DNA of 64,000 nucleotides from a virus (Duplodnaviria > Caudoviricetes): IMG/VR virus record IMGVR_UViG_2825118518_000002, positions 1 to 64,000 of that record, one strand, 5' to 3'. Of the stretch, positions 57,380 through 64,000 are shown one piece after another. The stretch's first letter is position 1. Each line of letters opens with the position of its first letter. The notes under the pieces are model-generated. The model worked only from the letters and a program-made list of their open reading frames with translations, did no database searches and was not told the origin of the DNA. The translations under genes were made by a program, and so were the position numbers.

Positions 57380-57648
57380 GACATCCTGTGACGACCATTG
57401 AGGTGAACAAGAACTTTACCAGGCCGGGCACGTAGCGACGCCCTGTAAGCTGCCATCGAGACTGAGAAATCGGTGGCGCGCGATATCGTCTCCAAAATCT
57501 CGCCGCCGGATTCGGGCTCATCGCTCCAGACTTCAACGCGATAGGTATGCTCCGTCGAGTCCGATCCAGATCGACGACTGCCTTCGCCAACTGTGTAACC
57601 GACGTCGGAAACTGTCCGTACGAGATCGATACCCTTGCGATGCTTCAT
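57160..57648 (-). CDS. Hypothetical protein (SOS operon)
   Basis: TGATG-coupled start MKHRKGIDL; tail overlaps zinc-finger ORF. Confidence 0.55.
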   Translation of the reverse strand: MKHRKGIDLVRTVSDVGYTVGEGSRRSGSDSTEHTYRVEVWSDEPESGGEILETISRATDFSVSMAAYRASLRARPGKVLVHLNGRHRMSCEKAPDPPPPEFQRPPMRRMRPRRSSSPRMTTSLSSNSNNGTCSRGVVRCAVTLAGSTAGSCRGDTASGLLS

Positions 57649-57878
57649 CAGACGCGCTCGTACTGAGGCTTCCAACCGCGGCCTATCCCCTTCGACATCA
57701 GGCTGCTGGCGATGAAAAGCTGGTCGCGCAGGAAATCAGCGTCTTCAAGAAGAGATCGGATTGCAGCGACTGCATCACCATCGTGGGCCTGTAGGACAGA
57801 CACGGCGAGATCGATTTCTGAAGCGGACTGGGTGACAGTTTCTTCGACAGCAATATCGAGAGCGAGCTGTTGGGTCAT
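57648..57878 (-). CDS. Small hypothetical protein (SOS operon)
   Basis: RBS AAGGAG; HDGDAVAAIRSLL..ADFL..MS.G..RGW. Confidence 0.75.
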   Translation of the reverse strand: MTQQLALDIAVEETVTQSASEIDLAVSVLQAHDGDAVAAIRSLLEDADFLRDQLFIASSLMSKGIGRGWKPQYERV

Positions 57879-57918
57879 GAGATCTCCTTAGGAATAGCTT
57901 CCGTCGTCAACGGAATTT

Positions 57919-57933
57919 GTTCCTATTTTGTTC
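57919..57933 (-). promoter_or_regulatory. Alphaproteobacterial LexA box
   Basis: GTTC-ctatttt-GTTC, 40 bp upstream of the 57878 start. Confidence 0.8.
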
Positions 57934-57948
57934 TCATTGGCTCCGGAG

Positions 57949-58287
57949 TCAAGCGGGGTCTTTGCAGACTGTCGCGACGACGCGCTTGTTCTTGAGGATA
58001 AGGTCACCGAGGTCGGCATCGCCGCTGAGGACGGATAGGAGCTGGTCGAGATCTGGGCGATAGAGATCGTAGGCATAGACTTCTGATGTCGGGACTTCGT
58101 AGCCGTCTTCCAGTTCGATTTCGGCGCGCACCTCGCGAAGCTCTTTCGCGACCTCTTCAATGGAGTTGCCGAATCCGGTGACCGTGCTTGCGGCCGGATC
58201 GACTGCGTATGCGTAGACTGTGATGCCCATGACGATCTCCACTGTTGGTCGAGGAGAGATATCCCGGATCACACGATCGATGTCCAC
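57949..58287 (-). CDS. Hypothetical protein
   Basis: Acidic 112-aa ORF; start uncertain. Confidence 0.55.
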   Translation of the reverse strand: MDIDRVIRDISPRPTVEIVMGITVYAYAVDPAASTVTGFGNSIEEVAKELREVRAEIELEDGYEVPTSEVYAYDLYRPDLDQLLSVLSGDADLGDLILKNKRVVATVCKDPA

Positions 58288-58316
58288 TGTAGGATTCTAC
58301 AGTGGACCATTACCGA

Positions 58317-58952
58317 TCAGGATGTCGCCGTCTCTGTTTCGGGTTCAACCACAGACGTTCGCCTCCTAGCTGAAGGGCCTGCACGCTTCAGGAGATCGAA
58401 CAGATAATAGATGTGTTCATCGGTCAATGCTATGCCAGCATACCAATCGCGATGGCCTTGAGCTTTGAACAAGGCGCCACTGACCTCTGGCCAGACACGG
58501 TGCAGGGCATTCAAACTTCCGTGGTTGTTGTGTTTCAGAGCATTGGCAAGACGGTGGACTCTAGCGAAGTCTGCCGGGATCTCGATATTCATTTCCCTGG
58601 CAGCTGCTTCCAATTCTGCGTGCTTGCCGTCCGAGAGCTTGCAGAATACCCGGATCTTTCGTTCCCAGTAGTGATAGATGGCCATAGCGAAAGCCTTCCT
58701 GAGTTCTCCATAGGCCTCCCCAAGCGTCTCCATCTTATAGTTATAGACATCGGCGGGATCGAAGAGCGTAGAGCCATCTTCGGCGAACTCTAGCTGGTTT
58801 TGGTACTCCCCGGATTGCAAGAGCGCTTCCCACGCTTCGGTTTCCTCTCGGCTTTTAGCCTGTATTCCTTTCGCTGCAGCGGTGAAGCTATCGCGGAGAC
58901 AATCGATGCCCGATTCATACATCCATCCGTGCACGCTGAAATTAAGCTTCAC
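58317..58952 (-). CDS. HEPN-like helical protein
   Basis: IYHYWERKIR and RLANALKH motifs; GTG start after GGGAGGG. Confidence 0.55.
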   Translation of the reverse strand: MKLNFSVHGWMYESGIDCLRDSFTAAAKGIQAKSREETEAWEALLQSGEYQNQLEFAEDGSTLFDPADVYNYKMETLGEAYGELRKAFAMAIYHYWERKIRVFCKLSDGKHAELEAAAREMNIEIPADFARVHRLANALKHNNHGSLNALHRVWPEVSGALFKAQGHRDWYAGIALTDEHIYYLFDLLKRAGPSARRRTSVVEPETETATS

Positions 58953-59244
58953 GCAAACCCTCCCCGTATCTTCAGATCGTCGGCACCGAGCCGCGTCATC
59001 TGAAGAACACGACATTTCGCAAGTCAATAAGCGAGGATCTCGAATCTTGCAGGGGCCTGGGCGACGATCACCCAGCTCATCCTTGCTGAAGCTATCAGCC
59101 GCTCAGTTCAAAACTGAGGGGCTACGGCTCCCCGCTGCGGCCGAACATCTCGGCGACGGATGCGGATTAGGCTTGAGATTGCGTTCCAGTGTTTTGAACT
59201 TAGAGGCTCATAGCTTCAGCAAAACACAGTTGAGAATCTTGCTC

Positions 59245-59297
59245 ACCGACGGTTTCCGACGGGTTGGAAAATCCAATCTGTCGGTCAATCTGTCGGT
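59245..59297. repeat. Integrase arm-type sites (CYGTCGGT)
   Basis: CAATCTGTCGGT x2 at 59274-59297, inverted copies 59245-59262; matching pair at 6904-6921. Confidence 0.7.
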
Positions 59298-59326
59298 GGC
59301 GATTTCGGGCGTCCATTAGCGGAAAT

Positions 59327-59353
59327 GAAAAAGCCCTGCATTGCAGGGCTTTC
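59327..59353 (-). terminator. Phage-borne terminator for tRNA 3' end
   Basis: AAAGCCCTGCA-t-TGCAGGGCTTT. Confidence 0.8.
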
Positions 59354-59402
59354 AGCTGGTCGGAGTGGAGTGATTCGAACACTCGACCCCCACGTCCCGA
59401 AC
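59354..59402 (-). repeat. att core, right copy: 3' part of tRNA-Pro(CGG)
   Basis: Identical to 6759-6807; D-arm and 5' acceptor strand absent. Confidence 0.95.
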
Positions 59403-59515
59403 GGAGAAGGCTTCGCGAAAACCCAGCATTTCTGGGACAGGCGGTTTCTATTTGTTCTCGCCTGTTCCTATTCTGTCCAGCGAAACGGTCCGCAAACGGT
59501 CCGGGAAGGATGATT

Positions 59516-59704
59516 ATGAACGATCTCATCGAACGCATGGAAGCCCAAGCCGACATGCAAGGCCCGGAAGCTGAACTGCTGCGGGAGGGAGTTTTGAAGA
59601 TCACGTACCTTCGCGAGGCATTGGCAACGTGGAGGCTTCTTGCACTGGTAATCGGCTCATATGGGGCCGGCTATATCGCTTACGATATCTGGAAGAGTCT
59701 TTGA
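59516..59704 (+). CDS. Small membrane protein
   Basis: C-terminal TM helix. Confidence 0.55.
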   Translation: MNDLIERMEAQADMQGPEAELLREGVLKITYLREALATWRLLALVIGSYGAGYIAYDIWKSL

Positions 59705-59785
59705 AAAAGGCGAGGAATGGCAAGACTTAATTCTTGCACAACATGCCCAATGTGATATCATGGGCCATTAGCACATGGAGCACAT

Positions 59786-60016
59786 ATGGAAAAGGAACTA
59801 AAAGACCAACGCGTCCCGGTCATGTTCTCTAAATCGGAACTGGAACTGATCGACGATTGGCGCTTCGCACATAGAGTTGGATCGAGAGCCGAAGCCATCC
59901 GGCGGCTCTGCCGGAAGCAACTCATCAAGGACCGCCGCCTGCTTGAGGATGGACGGATCAACAAGTTGATGGATGAGGCAGCTACCCACAACGTGGAAGA
60001 GGACAGCGGTCAATGA
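59786..60016 (+). CDS. Ribbon-helix-helix protein
   Basis: RVPVMFS.SEL..IDDWRF....SRAEAIRRL. Confidence 0.8.
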   Translation: MEKELKDQRVPVMFSKSELELIDDWRFAHRVGSRAEAIRRLCRKQLIKDRRLLEDGRINKLMDEAATHNVEEDSGQ

Positions 60017-60393
60017 CAGATCCGCGGACGATAAAATTCCAGTTGATGCTGGCTCAGTCTGACGCGGATCACATCGATGACTGGATGTTTGCTCGCCGCA
60101 TTCGATCCAGAGCAGAAGCAATCCGTCAGCTATGCAGGGTCGCTACAAGCCTGCTTGATGAACGAGACATCATCGTTCGCCTTACAGATGAGCTCTGGCC
60201 CGCAATTCAAAACGAAGCCGATCGGCATGGCCGTTCCATGAGTGCTGAGATTGCCACATTACTGGAGCAGAAGAAATCTTCGCCTCGTGAGCGGAAGAAC
60301 CGGGAGAAGGCGTTCGTAGACGGCGTGCGCGTCCTTATGGAGAGGTATCTAGAGCCCGAAAATGATAGCGGATATAAAATTGAAGACGTTTAA
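60013..60393 (+). CDS. RHH + Arc-like DNA-binding protein
   Basis: IDDWMF..IRSRAEAIRQL then IVRLTDEL..EADRHGRSMSAEI. Confidence 0.8.
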   Translation: MTDPRTIKFQLMLAQSDADHIDDWMFARRIRSRAEAIRQLCRVATSLLDERDIIVRLTDELWPAIQNEADRHGRSMSAEIATLLEQKKSSPRERKNREKAFVDGVRVLMERYLEPENDSGYKIEDV

Positions 60394-60453
60394 GGAAACG
60401 TCGCTATTCATGAGCAATCGCGCCGCCCTCAAGGAGCATGAAGGATCGGGACT

Positions 60454-60696
60454 ATGAGCGACGAAACAAATTTCCGCAAAGAGCGCGTTGAAAAACTGCT
60501 TTATGAACTGCAATACGAAGTGACGCGCGGCATAATGGAAGGAGACCTCGACGAGCACATGGGGTTTCTCTTCATGATAGGCGTGTCGAAGCAGATCAGT
60601 GATGGTGTTGTCGCGTGCGAGTTCAGAACGCGGCCAGTTCCCAGATATCATGTTTCGCCTGATGACCTTCAGCCGCGGCTTCGGGTTATCAAGTAA
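60454..60696 (+). CDS. Hypothetical protein
   Basis: 80-aa ORF. Confidence 0.6.
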   Translation: MSDETNFRKERVEKLLYELQYEVTRGIMEGDLDEHMGFLFMIGVSKQISDGVVACEFRTRPVPRYHVSPDDLQPRLRVIK

Positions 60697-60787
60697 TGCT
60701 GAACAGCCGCCGTCTCCACCTCCAAGCCTTTATCTTCGCCCTGATGTTTATCGGCTGGCTGGGGTATGAGGGGTGGAAGGCGATCGG

Positions 60788-61261
60788 CTAAGGCCGCACG
60801 ACTGGCGTTCGCCATAGTGTCTTGTTCGCCCGCGTCTGCGCATCATCGAGCTTGCTGCTCAAGACCTCGACGCGGGTGGCAACCTTATTGATGCTCTCGA
60901 TAGCGGTATCCAGTTTGCCACCGAGGGCTTCAACAACCCGATCGATCCTGGCGTTGGATGCCTCGATACCCTTCTTATTCTCCGCAACGCCTTCTAGAGC
61001 GCGCGTTGTTTGAAATGTGAGAGGCGCGATGTCGGCCACGGCCTTGTTCAAATCGATGTCGGCCTTGATACCTCTGTCGGTTTCCGACTTGAGCTTATCC
61101 TGAATGTCCTGGATATCCCGCTTCGTGTCGTTCCATGCGATAGAAGCCACTGCGACGTTTGCCAGGGTGGCGAAGGATATCCCGCCGATGACAACCAGCG
61201 TATTGAAGTTCCATTCGAACCTCTTGCTGCGTTCCGGTAGTTGCATGTTAGCTCCGTTCAT
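60788..61261 (-). CDS. Phage membrane-anchored coiled-coil protein
   Basis: FEWNFNTLV + TM helix + coiled coil. Confidence 0.7.
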   Translation of the reverse strand: MNGANMQLPERSKRFEWNFNTLVVIGGISFATLANVAVASIAWNDTKRDIQDIQDKLKSETDRGIKADIDLNKAVADIAPLTFQTTRALEGVAENKKGIEASNARIDRVVEALGGKLDTAIESINKVATRVEVLSSKLDDAQTRANKTLWRTPVVRP

Positions 61262-61409
61262 TCCCCGCGCCCTGTCCGTCTATGCCCTGCGAATTAATGA
61301 AATAGGAATGTCTGGCTGCCACTCTGCACTCAGCCGTCGCGATCCCGGTGATCGTGTGGTCAGACCGCCGCTCCTGTTACGAGCAGGTGTGGCGGTCGCT
61401 TGGTCAAAG

Positions 61410-61430
61410 AAAAACCGCCCGAAGGCGGCC
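61410..61430 (-). terminator. Intrinsic terminator of tRNA-like cassette
   Basis: CCGCC-TTCG-GGCGG-TTTTT on minus strand. Confidence 0.8.
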
Positions 61431-61456
61431 TATGGATGTCTGCGATGTGATTGCGC

Positions 61457-61681
61457 TCAGTCGTTCTTTGCCAGATACGCGGTTATAACCGGATAGCGTT
61501 CGTTAAGACTTTTGCGGATCGCGTCTTCGTCGCCCGCCATGAGCTTAGCCTCACGCCGGATTGCTTCGATGTCTTCGCGCCTCCGCAGCATGTTGCTGAC
61601 ATCTTTGGCGTCGATGCGCTTGCCCCAGAAACCGCCGCCGTTCTTTGCTCCGGAGTGTTCGGTCTTGATTGCCGGATATCC
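61457..61681 (-). other. 74-codon reading frame lacking an N-terminal start codon (GYPAIKTEHSGAKNGGGFWG...AYLAKND)
   Basis: Open between TGA 61682-84 and TGA 61457-59; not in the supplied ORF track. Confidence 0.55.
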
Positions 61682-61693
61682 TCATGGAATTAA

Positions 61694-61759
61694 ACGGGGG
61701 CGCTCTACCAGACTGAGCCACCTCGAAAGGAAGGGATTCGAACCCCTGACCTCCCCCGC
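61694..61759 (-). ncRNA. Circularly permuted tRNA-like RNA, unit 2
   Basis: GCGGGGG-AGGTC-[AGGGG TTCGAAT CCCTT]-[CCT TTCG AGG]-TG-[GCTC AGTCTGGTA GAGC]-G-CCCCCGT. Confidence 0.8.
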
Positions 61760-61825
61760 CGCGTTGCGCTACCAGACTGCGCCACCATCCTGAGACAGGC
61801 CGGATTCGAACCGGCGACCACCGCG
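61760..61825 (-). ncRNA. Circularly permuted tRNA-like RNA, unit 1
   Basis: CGCGG-TGGTC-[GCCGG TTCGAAT CCGGC]-[CTGTC TCAG GATGG]-TG-[GCGC AGTCTGGTA GCGC]-A-ACGCG. Confidence 0.8.
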
Positions 61826-61833
61826 TCAATTTG

Positions 61834-61862
61834 ATGATAGTCGATCAAGCTACCTGCGGCAA
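61834..61862 (-). promoter_or_regulatory. Sigma70-like promoter for the tRNA-like cassette
   Basis: TTGCCG-N17-TATCAT; predicted +1 near 61827, at the start of unit 1. Confidence 0.65.
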
Positions 61863-64000
61863 GATCGGATGGTTCGTATCCCGAGCCAATAGCTTGGTGC
61901 GCAGCGTCGTATAATCGACCGTCTGAACGCTTACAGCGCCGTCGATCGCCATCGAGGCGATAACGCCCGCCGCCTCGCCCTTGAGGCCGCCGGTGGGCTC
62001 CAGACGCCCCATGTACCAGCAGAGGATCGTGCACGAGGATGCCCAAGGAACAATGACATTGGTCTTCGTTGCGGCGTCTGGAACGATCTCCTCAAGAGGG
62101 ACAGGGGCAATCTTGTCGGCGCCAGCCACAAGCGAGCCTGGAACGCTGCCCTGCGTATAGAGCAGGCCACCAGATGCGACCTTCCACGGCGGGTGCTTGT
62201 CGCAATCATATGAGGTGACAGCCACCGTCTTGTCGGAGCGGAGGGCCGAACCGTCCGTCTTGCAGTAGTCCTGCGCGGTCGAGACATAGCCCGTATTCTT
62301 GAGCCGCCAGATCGGGTCGCGCTGATACGGGCGGTTAGGCCAGAAGAGCAGCCCACCGGGGCCGGGGTCAAGGAAGGTTCCAGCATCAAGACCAAAGCCT
62401 TGGAACTGCGTTACCAGTGTCCCAGGAATGCGGCTGTCACCGGAATTTGCGTGCCACCAGAACCACCCGAGCTGATAATCCCTCAGATCGTCGATGACGG
62501 CAAGCTGCGCTGCCCGGTTCGCTGCGGTCGCATAGCGATAGCCGCTGCCTGGCAAGTCGGTCGACAGGCCACCGGAACCGTTGTTCACGTCCATCTTGTT
62601 CGTCGAGCCGCCGACCGCGAACTGCAGGATGGTCGTGGTAACGGCCGGATTGCCGATCGTGACGCTGGGGTTGAGGACATAGGCGCGGGCCGCTGTCTCG
62701 TAGCGCAGGGAATTATAATTCCGATGTGGGTCCATTGTGGTGACAGGAACCAAGCGCGCCGGGTCGGTCGTCATCGCAAGGCGGTAGTTCATGCTTTCGA
62801 TCGATGGATCAACACCATCGACGGTAAGGCCGGGAAGCGGCATTTCGCCTTGGATGTCAGGCAGCAGGCCAGATGCCTGAACGCCATCCGTGATGTAGGG
62901 GCTGATATCCGAGCCATAGGGCTTGCTGAGAGCGCTTGATCCCTTGTAGCCGTTGTTGGCTTCCGAGCCGGCGCCGGCCGCCTCGCTGCCCGTGAATGTC
63001 GGAATACCGGACGATTTGTGGATGTATTCCCCGTCATAGTCCGCGGCGATGAACTGCCGAGCCGTGAAGGTCCGCCCGTCGTTGGTCTTCAGCGCAGTGT
63101 CCGTGGTGCCGACAGAGGTGATGGACTGGATGCCGGTGGAGAAGTAGACCGGGATATCCTGCCCGAGAATAAGCGTGCCGTTCGTCCGGGTCGGGTCGAG
63201 CATCCGGCGCACACCCTGGACGAACTGCCAGCTTTCAACAGAGTTGCCGGTCTGTGTGTTCGTGTCGGCGCGGTTGATGATGGTGCTGTTGACCCACGAT
63301 GTGAGGTCTCGATAGAGTCCCTTGAGCGCCGTGAAGTTGTAGCAGTCCACGTAGGCCAGGCCCGACGCCGGCATGCCGCCGATATCCCAATCGGTCTTTG
63401 CCAGATCGTCGAGAACGAGGGCAACGGTCTTGCCTTCCTGTTTGGCGGCATAGGCAGCACAAACAGCCGTCCAGCTCGCGCCGTAAACGAGAACGTCATA
63501 ATCGGCCGTCGTCGGGGCATAGCCCGCAGCATAGGTGTCCACATACCCAAAGCGGATTTTGTAGTAATAATCCAGCAGCGCCGCGCTGATTTCCCGGCAT
63601 TGCGCATCGTTCAGGGTCACGTCGAAGATGGCGAAGAGGCCGCAGTCCTTGGTTGAAAGTGCGCCGCCATTGATGCCGCCGAGGTGAATTGTCGGGTTGG
63701 TCGCGGGAGAGACATAGGTGGGTGACGGGGCTTCGCGGGTGATGCCGAAGGTATCAAGGCTATTCGGGCGGATGCTGTGCATGCCTTGGCCTGGGGTGAT
63801 CGTCGTCGAGGTCGAGACGTAGTTCGTAGCCTGCAGGCGCGCGTTGAACTTGCTGGACGCGTCTTTTGTGTTTGCCCCAATACCATCACCGCCGGCCGTC
63901 TGTGCGCCGAATTCACCACTGCTGCCGCCTGTCGAGGTCCGCGAATAGTAGAATATGGTGAACTGCCCCTGAGAGAAGCTCTGAAGCCCAATGCCGGTGT
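61845..64000 (-). CDS. Lectin/LamG-like domain fused to FAD-dependent oxidoreductase (5' end beyond window)
   Basis: Frame open to window edge; YDVLVYGA..AVCAAYAAKQEGKTVALV, GGM.ASGL, FIAADYDGE, RLEP...GEAAG. Confidence 0.75.
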   Translation of the reverse strand, partial: TGIGLQSFSQGQFTIFYYSRTSTGGSSGEFGAQTAGGDGIGANTKDASSKFNARLQATNYVSTSTTITPGQGMHSIRPNSLDTFGITREAPSPTYVSPATNPTIHLGGINGGALSTKDCGLFAIFDVTLNDAQCREISAALLDYYYKIRFGYVDTYAAGYAPTTADYDVLVYGASWTAVCAAYAAKQEGKTVALVLDDLAKTDWDIGGMPASGLAYVDCYNFTALKGLYRDLTSWVNSTIINRADTNTQTGNSVESWQFVQGVRRMLDPTRTNGTLILGQDIPVYFSTGIQSITSVGTTDTALKTNDGRTFTARQFIAADYDGEYIHKSSGIPTFTGSEAAGAGSEANNGYKGSSALSKPYGSDISPYITDGVQASGLLPDIQGEMPLPGLTVDGVDPSIESMNYRLAMTTDPARLVPVTTMDPHRNYNSLRYETAARAYVLNPSVTIGNPAVTTTILQFAVGGSTNKMDVNNGSGGLSTDLPGSGYRYATAANRAAQLAVIDDLRDYQLGWFWWHANSGDSRIPGTLVTQFQGFGLDAGTFLDPGPGGLLFWPNRPYQRDPIWRLKNTGYVSTAQDYCKTDGSALRSDKTVAVTSYDCDKHPPWKVASGGLLYTQGSVPGSLVAGADKIAPVPLEEIVPDAATKTNVIVPWASSCTILCWYMGRLEPTGGLKGEAAGVIASMAIDGAVSVQTVDYTTLRTKLLARDTNHPILPQVA

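Larger units (their letters stand above)
6759..59402. mobile_element. Prophage A, ~52.6 kb lambda-like siphovirus integrated at tRNA-Pro 3' end
   Basis: Flanking 49-bp direct repeats, adjacent integrase, complete packaging, head, tail and lysis modules. Confidence 0.95.
59403..64000. mobile_element. End of a second prophage-like element (B), extends beyond window
   Basis: Interrupts tRNA-Pro at the anticodon arm; own AAACGGTCCG x2 repeats at 59483-59503; phage-type small genes. Confidence 0.75.

Noticed and set aside
59454-59478. Second LexA box
   Set aside because: GTTC pair is spaced by 6 nt, and the 7-nt-spaced alternative has a mismatch (GTCC)
61724-61791. Single conventional tRNA spanning the D-arm of unit 1 and T-arm of unit 2
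   Set aside because: The would-be anticodon arm is only 12 nt with no stem and the acceptor pairing is poor; the two-unit permuted fold pairs every segment
61457-61825. Two-piece alphaproteobacterial tmRNA
   Set aside because: tmRNA lacks a D-stem and needs an Ala acceptor with CCA; here D-stems are present, acceptors are looped shut and the frame is too long for a tag

Overview
GC-rich alphaproteobacterial (Rhizobium-like, inferred from gene families and a GTTC-N7-GTTC LexA box) chromosomal window dominated by tandem prophages at a tRNA-Pro(CGG) site. 1-4520 is the early/immunity end of a cryptic prophage (cI-like S24 repressor with visible operators, GcrA-like and LuxR-like HTH genes). A ~52.6 kb lambda-like siphoviral prophage (A) lies between two 49-bp direct repeats (6759-6807, 59354-59402). 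It carries a tyrosine integrase, a Rep_3-type initiator with iterons, a C5 methyltransferase, many morons including candidate defence operons, and full head, tail and lysis modules. Both repeats are only the 3' part of tRNA-Pro, so a further element (B) begins at ~59403 and runs off the window. The most unusual signal is in element B: a cassette with its own promoter and terminator that holds two tandem, circularly permuted tRNA-like RNAs lacking an anticodon and CCA end (61694-61825), followed by a small reading frame with no start codon. All family calls come from motif recognition by eye; no database searches were run.
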